Shown: positions 19,013-28,474 of the stretch, in pieces
How positions within the stretch are numbered: the first letter of the stretch is position 1
Layout of the letters: every line of letters begins with the position of its first letter
NCBI GenBank assembly: GCA_903835255.1
Contig: CAILMI010000026.1
Span: 2,740 to 66,739, forward strand
Reading direction: 5' to 3'
Origin: an uncultured Verrucomicrobia subdivision 3 bacterium
Lineage (GTDB): Bacteria; Verrucomicrobiota; Verrucomicrobiia; Limisphaerales; UBA11358
Length of the DNA stretch: 64,000 bases
Translations under genes and position numbers: made by a program
Notes under the pieces: model-generated
The model's database searches: none
What the model saw: only the letters and a program-made list of their open reading frames with translations
What the model was told of the DNA's origin: nothing

Positions 19013-19636
19013 ATGAAAAATGTCACCGTCATCACACATCCGCTCATCCAGCACAGCCTGACCCGGCTGCGCGACCGGCGCACCCGGCCGCAGGAGTTCC
19101 GCCGCCTGCTGGGCGAGATTGCCGCGCTCATGGTTTACGAGGCGACCCGCTCATTTGCCGTCAAGAAGGTCCCGGTGCAAACGCCGCTGATGCGGACGCA
19201 CGGAGCCCAGCTCGAACGCCCGGTCCTGCTCGTCCCCGTGCTGCGCGCCGGCCTGGGCATGCTGGAGGCTATCCTGCAGCTCGTCCCCCACGCCCAGGTC
19301 GGATTCATCGGATTAAAACGCGAGGAAGCCACCCTGCGCGCCCGATTCTATCACCAGAGCCTGCCTAAAAACCTCGGCCGTTTTGAAATCATCCTGATCG
19401 ACCCGATGCTGGCCACCGGCGGCAGCTCGGTGGCCGCCCTGGATTTGCTGGTCGAACAGGGCGCGAAGAACATCCGCCTGGTGAATCTGGTCGCCGCCCC
19501 CGAAGGCATCCGCGCCGTGCAGAAAAAGCATCCGCGCGTCCCCCTCTTCACCGCCGCCCTGGACCGCCAACTCAACTCTCAAGGCTTCATTTTGCCCGGC
19601 TTAGGCGATGCGGGGGATCGACTGTTCGGAATCTGA
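19013..19636 (+). CDS. upp: Uracil phosphoribosyltransferase
   Basis: HPLIQH, VLRAGLGM, DPMLATGGS, PGLGDAGDRLFG. Confidence 0.97.
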   Translation: MKNVTVITHPLIQHSLTRLRDRRTRPQEFRRLLGEIAALMVYEATRSFAVKKVPVQTPLMRTHGAQLERPVLLVPVLRAGLGMLEAILQLVPHAQVGFIGLKREEATLRARFYHQSLPKNLGRFEIILIDPMLATGGSSVAALDLLVEQGAKNIRLVNLVAAPEGIRAVQKKHPRVPLFTAALDRQLNSQGFILPGLGDAGDRLFGI

Positions 19637-19699
19637 CCCAGCCGCCGTCCGCGCGAACCGCTGCACCCTCGCCGCCGGAAATCCCTCTTCCGCGTTTTT

Positions 19700-19715
19700 T
19701 GTCAATCTATTGACA
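19700..19715. promoter_or_regulatory. Palindrome TGTCAAT-CT-ATTGACA, candidate operator upstream of the sigma factor gene
   Basis: Perfect 7-bp inverted arms in the intergenic region. Confidence 0.45.
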
Positions 19716-19860
19716 GGGACATTGGCGGCGCGGGGCCTCTCCCAGAATCCGCTTTGGAGACCGGGCCGGGGCCGCACGGCAGCCCGAATCCGGGCCGGAA
19801 ACAATTTCATATATTTTTCTTGCAGGAGTGGATTTCGTCTCTAGTGTCTTGCCAAGGACT

Positions 19861-20862
19861 ATGGGGGTATCAAAAGGAAAAGCCAAAACAGCCATCGCCA
19901 CAGCGCGTGCGGACGCGGCACCCATTCCTGCCCTTCCCGAGCCCGCCCCGTACGTCATTCCCGAACCTAGCCTGGCCGGAGCCGCGGGGGACGACACGAC
20001 CACATTCACCCGGCGGGAAGAATCCCGCTACGACGGCGACACCGCCATCCGTCTGTACCTGCGGGAAATCGGGCAAGTGAAACTGCTGACGCCGCAGGAA
20101 GAAATCCAACTGGCGGCGCGGATCAAGAAAGGTGACAAAAAGGCGCGCGAACACATGATCAAGGCCAACCTGCGCCTGGTCGTTAAAATCGCCCGCGACT
20201 ACGAGGGCATTGGACTGCCGCTGCTCGACCTGATCAGCGAGGGCAACATCGGCCTGATGAAGGCCGTTGAGAGGTTCGACCCGGCCAAGGGCGGCAAGCT
20301 CTCCACCTACGGCTCGTGGTGGATCAAGCAATCGATCAAGCGCGCCCTCGCCAACCAGTCCAAGACCATCCGCCTCCCGGTGCATCTGGTGGACAAGATC
20401 TCCAAGATGCGGCGGACCGCCACGAAACTGCAGGAGATGCTCGGGCACGAGCCCACCGACGAGGATCTGGCGGATGAAATGGGCATGACCGCCTCGCGCG
20501 TGCGCCTGATGCGGCAGGCCTCCATCCGGCCCGCCTCGCTCGACGCGCCGATCGGCGACGACGACTCGAATAATTTCTCGGATGTGGTGCAGGATGAAAA
20601 CGCCACCTCTCCCTATGACAACCTCGAGGACAAGACCGTCACGGGGATGCTGCAGGACATGGTGAAGCACCTGGACGACCGGGAAGCGACTATTTTACGG
20701 TTCCGGTTCGGCCTCGATGGAGGCACGGAAAAAACCCTGGAAGAAGTTGGCGTGAAGTTTGGCGTCACGCGCGAACGCGTCCGCCAGATCCAAAACCTGG
20801 CGCTGAAAAAGCTCCGCCGGATGATTGAAAAATTGGAAGTGACCAAGAAACAAGATGAATAA
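19861..20862 (+). CDS. RNA polymerase sigma-70 factor (RpoD/RpoS-like, no region 1.1)
   Basis: LYLREIG, ANLRLVVKIA, DLISEGNIGLMKAVERFD, STYGSWWIKQ, TRERVRQIQ; candidate promoter TTGCAG-16-TAGTGT at 19820-19847. Confidence 0.93.
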   Translation: MGVSKGKAKTAIATARADAAPIPALPEPAPYVIPEPSLAGAAGDDTTTFTRREESRYDGDTAIRLYLREIGQVKLLTPQEEIQLAARIKKGDKKAREHMIKANLRLVVKIARDYEGIGLPLLDLISEGNIGLMKAVERFDPAKGGKLSTYGSWWIKQSIKRALANQSKTIRLPVHLVDKISKMRRTATKLQEMLGHEPTDEDLADEMGMTASRVRLMRQASIRPASLDAPIGDDDSNNFSDVVQDENATSPYDNLEDKTVTGMLQDMVKHLDDREATILRFRFGLDGGTEKTLEEVGVKFGVTRERVRQIQNLALKKLRRMIEKLEVTKKQDE

Positions 20863-21391
20863 CTCCCCCGTCACGGCGGCCCAGATCGCGCACGCCATTC
20901 GCAATGTCCCTGATTTTCCCAAGCCGGGTATCCAGTTCAAGGACATCACGCCTGTGCTGGCCGACGCGCGCCTGTTCGCCGGCAGCATCGACCTGTTGAC
21001 CGAGGAATTCGCGCCCGGATCGGTGGACGCCGTCATCGGCATCGACGCGCGCGGCTTTATCTTCGCCGCCGCTGCCGCCACGAAACTCAAGGCCGGCTTC
21101 GTGCCGGTCCGCAAGAAAGGCAAGCTGCCCTACCAGACCCTCGAGCAGGATTACGCGCTGGAATACGGGCACGCCACCGTGGCCATGCATGTGGACGCGC
21201 TCAAGCCGGGGGCGCGGGTGCTGCTGATCGACGACCTGCTGGCCACCGGCGGAACGGCCGCGGCCGCCATTGCGCTCATGAAAAAACTGGAGGCCAACAT
21301 CCTGGGCGTGGTTTTTCTGATCGAACTGAAATTCCTCGGGGGGCGCGGCAAACTGCCGGGCCAGCCGGTGCGCTCCATCGTCCAATACTGA
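20855..21391 (+). CDS. apt: Adenine phosphoribosyltransferase
   Basis: PDFPKPGIQFKDITP, DARGF, LEYG, IDDLLATGGT. Confidence 0.97.
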   Translation: MNNSPVTAAQIAHAIRNVPDFPKPGIQFKDITPVLADARLFAGSIDLLTEEFAPGSVDAVIGIDARGFIFAAAAATKLKAGFVPVRKKGKLPYQTLEQDYALEYGHATVAMHVDALKPGARVLLIDDLLATGGTAAAAIALMKKLEANILGVVFLIELKFLGGRGKLPGQPVRSIVQY

Positions 21392-21443
21392 AGGCCCATA
21401 CTGAAGGGTTTCCAACCGCGCGCAGACCGCTATACTGCAGCCA

Positions 21444-22136
21444 ATGTATTGGCTGCAACTATCCGACACCCGCCTATTCCTGTTCGTCAACCGGTCCCTG
21501 GTCAATCCGTTCTTTGACTGGCTCATGCCGGTGTTGAGCGGCGGCCCGGGATTAAAAAACGCTCTGATTGCCTTATCCATAGCGGCGGGCCTCGCCCTGC
21601 TCGCCTTCGGCAACCGGCGCGCCCGGCTCTGCGTGCTGCTCCTGACTTTGGTGATGGCCACCAACGACGGACTGGTCTGTAAAACCCTGAAACACGCCAT
21701 TGCCCGGCCACGCCCGTTCGTCACCCTGCCGGAGGCGCGCCTCTTCGGCACTATCGGAAAAGGCTATCGCCCCCCCGGATCCGCCGCACCAAACGCGGGC
21801 GCACCGGCACGCCCCGCCAACCACAACAGCATGCCGTCCTCACACGCCGCCAACTGGTTCGCCGCCGCCATGGTGCTGTTCCTGTTCTATCGCAAAAGCG
21901 CGAGGCTCATGCTACCGCTGGCCGCCGCCGTCGCCTTCTCGCGCGTCTACAACGGCGTCCATTATCCGGCCGACGTTCTCGCCGGCGCACTGATCGGCGC
22001 CGGCTATGCCGCCGCCGTCGCCGTCGTCCTGGAAACAGCCTGGCAGTTTTTCGGAGCGAAATGGCTTCCCCGCTGGCACGCCCGGGTGCCCTCGCTGGTG
22101 CCGGATTTGAAATCGCTGGATCCCCGGAACCGCTGA
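21444..22136 (+). CDS. PAP2-family membrane phosphatase
   Basis: K..IARPRP, SMPSSH, SRVYNGVHYPADV. Confidence 0.9.
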   Translation: MYWLQLSDTRLFLFVNRSLVNPFFDWLMPVLSGGPGLKNALIALSIAAGLALLAFGNRRARLCVLLLTLVMATNDGLVCKTLKHAIARPRPFVTLPEARLFGTIGKGYRPPGSAAPNAGAPARPANHNSMPSSHAANWFAAAMVLFLFYRKSARLMLPLAAAVAFSRVYNGVHYPADVLAGALIGAGYAAAVAVVLETAWQFFGAKWLPRWHARVPSLVPDLKSLDPRNR

Positions 22137-22139
22137 ACC

Positions 22140-23000
22140 ATGGCCGCCACGGAAATTCTTCTGCGCGTCCGAAATTATGATCTGGCCGCCACGCTGGACT
22201 CCGGCCAGACCTTCCGCTGGCAGCCGCAGCAGGAATCCTGGACCGGCATCCTGGGAGAGCATTGGGTGCAATTGACGCAAACGCCGGACGGCATCCGCGC
22301 CGCCACAGCCGCTCCGGTGGAAAACTGGGACTGGCTCCGGCAGTTTCTCCAGACGGACATCGATCTGGCGGCTATCCTGAAAACATTCCCCGACGACGGG
22401 CCGATGCGAGCCGCCGTGGCGGCCTGCCCCGGCCTGCGCCTTCTCAGACAGGACCCGTGGGAATGCCTGGCCTCCTTCATCCTGTCCTCCACCAAACAGA
22501 TCGTGCAAATCCGCCAGATCGTCGCCCTGCTCTGCGAACGCTTTGGCGAGCGGCGGGCGCCGCAGGCCGCCCTGGCCGGCGACGGGATTTATTCATTTCC
22601 ATCCGCCGCACGCCTGGCCCGCGCCACGGAGGCCGAGCTGCGCGCCTGCAAGATGGGATTTCGCGCGCCCAATCTGCTGGCCGCCGCCCGGGAAATTGCC
22701 GACGGGCGATTTGACTTGGAACGCCTCCGGAAATTGCCCCACGCCGAGGCGCGCGCAGCGCTGATGCAGCTGCGCGGCGTGGGCGGGAAGATTGCCGACT
22801 GCGTTTTGCTGTTCGCCTATGGGTTTGATTCCGCATTTCCGGTGGACGTCTGGATCGAGCGCGCGCTGCAACAGCTTTATTTCCCGCGCCGCCGGGCCAG
22901 CGAGCAGCGCCTGCGCCGCTTTGCCGCCACCCATTTCGGCCCGCACGCCGGCTACGCCCAGCAGTATCTTTTCCATTACATCCGCACAAAATTGCACTAG
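22140..23000 (+). CDS. 8-oxoguanine DNA glycosylase (Ogg/HhH-GPD family)
   Basis: TLDSGQTFRW, RQDPWECL, HhH motif LRGVGGKIADC, FPVDVW, AGYAQQYLF. Confidence 0.9.
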   Translation: MAATEILLRVRNYDLAATLDSGQTFRWQPQQESWTGILGEHWVQLTQTPDGIRAATAAPVENWDWLRQFLQTDIDLAAILKTFPDDGPMRAAVAACPGLRLLRQDPWECLASFILSSTKQIVQIRQIVALLCERFGERRAPQAALAGDGIYSFPSAARLARATEAELRACKMGFRAPNLLAAAREIADGRFDLERLRKLPHAEARAALMQLRGVGGKIADCVLLFAYGFDSAFPVDVWIERALQQLYFPRRRASEQRLRRFAATHFGPHAGYAQQYLFHYIRTKLH

Positions 23001-23016
23001 CCTCCCCGCCGGCACT

Positions 23017-23781
23017 ATGAAACTCGACGCCCTCATCACCCCGTCGGAATTCGCCGCCCTGTCAGGGCGAGACCTGAGCCGGACCGCCTGCGTGGTGTTC
23101 GATGTGCTGCGGGCCACCAGCACCTTTGTGACCGCGCTGCACCACGGCGCCGAGGCCGTCATCCCCGTCTGCGACATCGCCGAAGCCCTCACCCTCCGCC
23201 AGCAGCGCCCGGAAGTCCTGCTCGGCGGCGAGCGGCACGGCGTCCGCATCTCCGCTGGGGGCGTCGAATTCGACCTGGGCAATTCGCCCCGGGAATACTC
23301 CGGCGTGCGCGGCAGGACCATCGTGTCCACGACCACGAATGGCACGCGCGCCCTGCGCGCCTGCGCAGCCGCCCCCACCGTCCTGGCCGCCTCCTTTTTA
23401 AATCTGACGGCGACGGCGGAATTTCTCCTTCAGAATGATTCCGAAAATATTCTGCTGGTGTGCGCCGGCACGGGCGAAAACGCGGCGCTCGAGGATGTGC
23501 TGGGGGCGGGGGCCTTGTGTGATTTGCTGGCAGGGGCATCGCGCGCCCAAGACCGGGTGGAACCTCGGTCCTTCCACGCCCTTTCCGATGCGGCCCAAAT
23601 TGCGTGGCGCATCTATCGCGAGTCGAAAGCAGACCTGCCCGGCGCTATGAGCTCTTCAGAAAATGCCCGGCGGCTGCTGGCCATCCCCGGGCTGCGCGAC
23701 GACGTCGCCTTCTGCCTGCAACAGGACCTCTATCCTCTCGTCGCCACAATGGACAAGGGCGGCGTCATCCGGACAGTTTAA
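23017..23781 (+). CDS. comB: 2-phosphosulfolactate phosphatase (ComB family)
   Basis: DVLRATS, GGERHG, GNSPRE, TTTNGT, LEDVLGAG; ATG 23017. Confidence 0.88.
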   Translation: MKLDALITPSEFAALSGRDLSRTACVVFDVLRATSTFVTALHHGAEAVIPVCDIAEALTLRQQRPEVLLGGERHGVRISAGGVEFDLGNSPREYSGVRGRTIVSTTTNGTRALRACAAAPTVLAASFLNLTATAEFLLQNDSENILLVCAGTGENAALEDVLGAGALCDLLAGASRAQDRVEPRSFHALSDAAQIAWRIYRESKADLPGAMSSSENARRLLAIPGLRDDVAFCLQQDLYPLVATMDKGGVIRTV

Positions 23782-23868
23782 TCTCTTGCCAACGCCGATG
23801 GATGCCCACGGGGACAGCTCTGGTCACTGTTCTTTTTTAATCCTGAGGAATCGATTTTGGAATTCGGG

Positions 23869-24720
23869 TCAGACCACGAACTCCAGTTCCTGCCGGTGGG
23901 GAAGGAGACCGCGCTCGAAGGCTTGACCGAGGAAACGGCGGATGGATTCCCTGCCCCGCTCCCCGTAATCGAGCGTCCAGTGGTTCACATACATCCCCAC
24001 GAATTTGTCCGCTAGGTCGAGCCCCATATCGCGGGCGTATTGCAGCGCGTGCTGCACCGCCTCCGGGCGATGGTCCAGGCTGTATTGGATGCTCGCCGTG
24101 AGCGTGTCGGAAATCTGCTTGCGCGTGGCGGGGGCGAATCGCTTGTGAATGACATTGCCGCCGAGCGGCAGCGGCAGGCCGTCGTTTTCGCGCCCCCACC
24201 AGACCCCGAGATCCTCGCACAGCACCAGCCCCTCATTGCGGTAAGTCAATTGCCCCTCGTGGATGATCAGCCCGATCTCGGCCGTCCCATTTTTCACGGC
24301 GGCAAAGATCTGGTCGAACGGAACGACCACATAATTAATTTCCTTGGCCGGCTTACCAAGCCAGAGCTGCAGCGCCAGGAACGCGCTGGTCATGGTGCCG
24401 GGCACGGCGATTTTCTTCTTCGCAATTTCTTCGCGGGAAAAATTCCGCTTCGCCACCAGCATCGGGCCGTAGCCGTCGCCCATGCTCGCGCCGCTGGGCA
24501 GCAGCGCGTATTGGTCGGAGACATAAGCGTAGGCGTGGATGCTGACGGCGGAAATATCCAGCTCGCCCCGGGTGGCGCGTTCGTTGAGCGTCTGAATATC
24601 CTGCAAGATGTGCTCGAACTCAAAGCCGTGGGAGGGGATCAGCCCCTTGGCGAGGGCGTAAAACATGAAGGCGTCATCCGGATCAGGCGAATGGCCGAGG
24701 GTCAAGGTCGTTGGCGACAT
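23869..24720 (-). CDS. mqnD: 1,4-dihydroxy-6-naphthoate synthase (futalosine menaquinone pathway)
   Basis: GHSPDPDDAFMFY, IHEGQLTY, PLPLG, MYVN; ATG 24720. Confidence 0.9.
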   Translation of the reverse strand: MSPTTLTLGHSPDPDDAFMFYALAKGLIPSHGFEFEHILQDIQTLNERATRGELDISAVSIHAYAYVSDQYALLPSGASMGDGYGPMLVAKRNFSREEIAKKKIAVPGTMTSAFLALQLWLGKPAKEINYVVVPFDQIFAAVKNGTAEIGLIIHEGQLTYRNEGLVLCEDLGVWWGRENDGLPLPLGGNVIHKRFAPATRKQISDTLTASIQYSLDHRPEAVQHALQYARDMGLDLADKFVGMYVNHWTLDYGERGRESIRRFLGQAFERGLLPHRQELEFVV

Positions 24721-24834
24721 GGCTGGAAAAATAAACCACGGCGGACGCCCTGTCACGACGAGAAGCGGGGACGGACCGATCCGGTTCACCGAAGTTATTT
24801 GAGACCGCGCCGGCCGACGGCTATCTTGTCGCGC

Positions 24835-25161
24835 ATGAAATCCGCCGCACATACCGCCCTGGTCCTGGTCACCGCGCCGGACCTAAAGACCGCCCGGAGC
24901 CTGGCCGGGAAGGCGCTCCAGGCGCGCCTAATCGCCTGCGCCACACTGGTACCGAGGGTCGAATCACATTACCTGTGGCGGGGGAAGCGGACCTCGGCTG
25001 CAGAGGTGCTTCTCCTCCTCAAGACCCGGAAAACGAAACTGGCCGCGCTGGAAAAACTGGTGCTCGCCGCGCATCCCTACGACACCCCGGAGTTCCTGGT
25101 TTTGACCCTGACAGCCGGTACGCCGAAGTATCTCGACTGGCTGGCGGCCAGCTGCCCCTGA
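24835..25161 (+). CDS. cutA: Divalent-cation tolerance protein CutA
   Basis: C-terminal part of the 24040 ORF: LIACAT, SHYLWRG, HPYDTPE; promoter TTGAGA-17-TATCTT directly upstream. Confidence 0.88.
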   Translation: MKSAAHTALVLVTAPDLKTARSLAGKALQARLIACATLVPRVESHYLWRGKRTSAAEVLLLLKTRKTKLAALEKLVLAAHPYDTPEFLVLTLTAGTPKYLDWLAASCP

Positions 25162-25240
25162 ACGCGGACGCCGCATTCCTCCGGGGCGGAATTCAGGGCC
25201 ACCCGACCTGGGGCATGGGCCGGCACAAACCAGACAAGCC

Positions 25241-25330
25241 CCACCCACACTGACTCGTTGAGCGACGAGGCAAAGGATAAAGAGGGGGAGATTTGGATCT
25301 CCGGAAAGTGCTTCCACCTCCAATTTTATT
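25241..25330 (+). repeat. Degenerate direct repeat, copy 1 (left flank of lower-GC cassette)
   Basis: Shares CCAC.CAC..GAC...TTGAGCG.CG.GGCAAAGGATAAAG..GGGGAGATTTGG ... CACCTCC..TTTTATT with 30041-30118. Confidence 0.75.
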
Positions 25331-25446
25331 GCTGCTTAAAAACGGGAATGGACAGAAAAAAAATGCAGAATAATATTAATTTTTTCAGCGGTATTATTCA
25401 TAAACGGAACTGGAAATATGGCTGTTCAACTTAACCTTGGCATATC

Positions 25447-25540
25447 GGTGGGCGGGGCGGGCAACCCCCTGCCCGCCGCTGTTGCCCATCATCGCGGGCT
25501 GACTGACCACGGCGGCGCTCACGGAGCAACGCGACCCACC
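25447..25540. repeat. REP-like element of the same family as the rluE insertion
   Basis: 25513-25540 matches 3266-3293 at 20/28 nt; internal GCGGGCA/TGCCCGC hairpin. Confidence 0.6.
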
Positions 25541-25631
25541 AGCCCACAGTTGCCAAGAACGGCTATAGAGGGGCAGATCTGCCTTAGTTTAGACCCGAAG
25601 AGTTTGAACTGACGCGCAGGAAACAACGGAT

Positions 25632-27056
25632 ATGCTGTTTAATTCCCTCACCTTTTTAGCCTTCTTCGCCTTGGTCTTGGGGCTGCATCGCCTGCCAATC
25701 GCTTGGCGGGCAAAGAAGTTCAACCTCTTGGTGGCCAGCTACATTTTTTACAGCGCCTGGAATCCGGTTTTTCTGCCACTCCTCATGGCGACAACGGTTT
25801 TAGATTGGGCGGCAGGGTCGTTGATTTACAAAGCTAAAACACCCACTTCCAAGCGCGCTTACTTAATCATAAGCCTGGTCGGCAATCTGGGGATGCTGTC
25901 CTTTTTTAAGTATGGCGAGTTTTTTTTGGAAAACTTTACCCGCCTTGTTCAGGGATTCGGAATTCATTATGCCCCCCCGCAATGGAGCCTTCTCCTGCCC
26001 CTCGGAATTTCATTTTACACTTTCCACTCCCTCTCCTACGTGCTCGACCTATACCGGGGCAAAGCCAAGCCCGTAGAATCCTTTCTGGACTACGCGCTCT
26101 TCGTTACATTTTTTCCAACCCTAGTCGCCGGACCGATTCTGCGAGTCCATCAATTTGCACCGCAACTTGTCAAACCGAAGGCGGCCACCGGCGAGCAATT
26201 CAGCCGCGGGCTAGGACTGCTCGTGCTGGGGTTATTTGAGAAGTGCGTATTGGCAGACGGCGTGTTCGCTCCAGTCGTCAATGCCGTTTATGATTCCCAC
26301 CAGGTGCCGGATTTTTTCTCCGCCTGGTCGGCGCCCATTCTTTTTGGCTCTCAGATATTCTGCGATTTTGCCGGCTACTCCACCTGCGCAGTCGGGACGG
26401 GTCTCTGCTTTGGGTTTTTGATTCCAAACAACTTTAGAAACCCATTTGCCGCCGTCGGTTTTTTTGATCTCTGGAGTCGCTGGCATATTTCATTGTCCAC
26501 CTGGATGCGCGATTATGTTTTCCTCTCCATGCGCGGGAGCCTTCGACGCGGCACCCGCGCCTCCTTCAATTTATTTTTCACAATGGCACTCGTCGGATTG
26601 TGGCATGGCGCTTCCTGGACATTTGTCGTCTGGGGATCCCTCCAGGGGGGATTGCTGATTCTCGAACAATATCTGAGACGCTGGTGGGGCAATCTGGCCT
26701 TTCTGAACACTCTTCCCGGCCAACTCGGTCTCGCTTTGCTGACTTCGCTGGTTGCGCGGTTGACCAATGTTTTTTTTCGCGCAGGGAGCCTGTCAGAGGC
26801 CTGCCGGATTTTCAAGGGACTGACAGGCGCCGCCGGTGAAGGCGCTTTGTTTTCTGTGGACCGACTGGACGCCGGAGTGGCGTGGGGGGTCGCGGCGGCA
26901 ATTTTTGCCTGGCAATGGTGGAATCGTGATGAACCCGCTCAGAAGCCGCACCCCAATTTCGGCTGGGGGGCACAGGTTGTCGGGGTAAGCATCATGCTAG
27001 TTTTAATCATCATCGCATCCGGAGAAGACAATGCGTTTATCTATTTTCAATTCTGA
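25632..27056 (+). CDS. MBOAT O-acyltransferase (AlgI/DltB family)
   Basis: LPLGISFYTF, LVAGPI, DFAGYS, WSRWHISLSTW, GLWHGA. Confidence 0.92.
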   Translation: MLFNSLTFLAFFALVLGLHRLPIAWRAKKFNLLVASYIFYSAWNPVFLPLLMATTVLDWAAGSLIYKAKTPTSKRAYLIISLVGNLGMLSFFKYGEFFLENFTRLVQGFGIHYAPPQWSLLLPLGISFYTFHSLSYVLDLYRGKAKPVESFLDYALFVTFFPTLVAGPILRVHQFAPQLVKPKAATGEQFSRGLGLLVLGLFEKCVLADGVFAPVVNAVYDSHQVPDFFSAWSAPILFGSQIFCDFAGYSTCAVGTGLCFGFLIPNNFRNPFAAVGFFDLWSRWHISLSTWMRDYVFLSMRGSLRRGTRASFNLFFTMALVGLWHGASWTFVVWGSLQGGLLILEQYLRRWWGNLAFLNTLPGQLGLALLTSLVARLTNVFFRAGSLSEACRIFKGLTGAAGEGALFSVDRLDAGVAWGVAAAIFAWQWWNRDEPAQKPHPNFGWGAQVVGVSIMLVLIIIASGEDNAFIYFQF

Positions 27057-28113
27057 CACCCCCTACAGTTCACCCTGGTGGAAGATGTGGCTACTGGTGC
27101 TGCTTCTGACAGGCTCACTCCTCGGCGGCGTGGAGCTTTACTGGCGAATCGGCGGACACCTCCCTCGGGTCAAAGACGACAAACCGCTTTGGGCTTACTA
27201 CCGCCAGCGGGCGTCCTCTGCTGATACCCAGACGGTGGCTCTCCTAGGGGCTTCAGAAATCCAGACCGGCTTTTCATTGGAAACGTTTTCCAAGAGCTTC
27301 CCGGATTACCAGGTGAACCAGCTAGGCATCAGCGGGACCGGACCTTTGCCCGCTCTAAGGGACTTGGCGAACGACGAAAATTTTCGGGGCGTCATCATTT
27401 GCGCGATCAACCCGAAAACGCTTGCCGACAAGGATCCCCGCAATTTGCAGAATTCCTTTGTTCACTACTACCATACGCAGACCACCCTTAACTCCCGACT
27501 CAATCGGCGATGGGGCGCCCGGCTTGAAAACAGCCTGGTCCTTTTAAGCGATCGCCTGAGCCTCCAGAGCTGCCTTCATGCCTGGCAGGGTTACCATGCC
27601 TTCCCCGGACCCATCGAAAGATACATGACGGATGAGCGCGAGTTGCGGATTGATTTCTCGAAGATGGCCCCCGCCCGGCTTTCGGATTTACACGCCCGGC
27701 GACTGGATTATTTTGCCAAGAATTACCCCCCCGGCATTTACAAACCCGCCCCATGGCTTGAAACCGCGCTCCGGATCGAACCGGAAATTGAAAAAATTCA
27801 GCGCCGGGGCGGCCAAGTGGTGTGGGTGCGCTTTCCACTGGATGCCCAAGCCGACGCCCTGATTGAGAAAAGCACGCCCCACGCGGAATTCTGGGACCGA
27901 TTTGTCACCCAAACGAAAGCCATCACCATTGATTGCCACACCCTTCCCGAACTTGCGACATTCTCCGCGCCGGACACCACGCACCTCGACTGTCGCGACG
28001 CGCCCCGATTCACCGCCGCCCTCCTGAAACAGCTGGTCAGGAAAGGGGTCCTTCCTCCCAGCAAGACTCTGGTTGCCATGGAGGAAAAACCCTATCCCCC
28101 GCCTTTGGAATGA
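27031..28113 (+). CDS. Membrane-anchored AlgJ/DltD-like (SGNH-like) partner of the MBOAT
   Basis: N-terminal TM, LLGASE (G-S-like), NQLGISG, DTTHL (DxxH); overlaps MBOAT end. Confidence 0.55.
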   Translation: MRLSIFNSDTPYSSPWWKMWLLVLLLTGSLLGGVELYWRIGGHLPRVKDDKPLWAYYRQRASSADTQTVALLGASEIQTGFSLETFSKSFPDYQVNQLGISGTGPLPALRDLANDENFRGVIICAINPKTLADKDPRNLQNSFVHYYHTQTTLNSRLNRRWGARLENSLVLLSDRLSLQSCLHAWQGYHAFPGPIERYMTDERELRIDFSKMAPARLSDLHARRLDYFAKNYPPGIYKPAPWLETALRIEPEIEKIQRRGGQVVWVRFPLDAQADALIEKSTPHAEFWDRFVTQTKAITIDCHTLPELATFSAPDTTHLDCRDAPRFTAALLKQLVRKGVLPPSKTLVAMEEKPYPPPLE

Positions 28114-28474
28114 CAAACGGAAAATAATATCGGGATCCATTAGCCCGCATCGCCAGTACGGCGAACCAAGTCATCCCGGGGTGCGAAGATTTTGATGTTG
28201 ATCGAGCTCGAAAAAAAATCCGCCTTCCATTGCAGGCATAGAAATACAACCCTTTCCCCGCACCTTGGACAACTCCCGCGCCGGCCCAAATAACGCCCAA
28301 GATGCGGACGCGATCGCAGAGCTTGAATCCATGTGTTCCCAAGGCTACACTCTTTTAGCTTTTCCGGCATCTGCGTTTGGATGGCTGGATTTGCATTCCA
28401 AATTTCGGAAGCATCTGGAAACCCAGTCGGGCGGTCTCGATCACGCGCCGGATTATATCGTTTATCAATTGTGA
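28110..28474 (+). pseudogene. Disrupted ~120-codon ORF between the AlgJ-like and KAS genes
   Basis: ATGA overlap with the upstream stop and GTGA overlap with the downstream start; in-frame TAA at 28125 and frameshift(s) near 28180 and the A8 run at 28211-28218; intact 3' part 28265-28474. Confidence 0.6.

Noticed and set aside
25418-25612. 64-aa ORF upstream of the MBOAT as a missing ACP or leader peptide
   Set aside because: No DSL-type phosphopantetheine motif; most of it is a translated REP-like repeat
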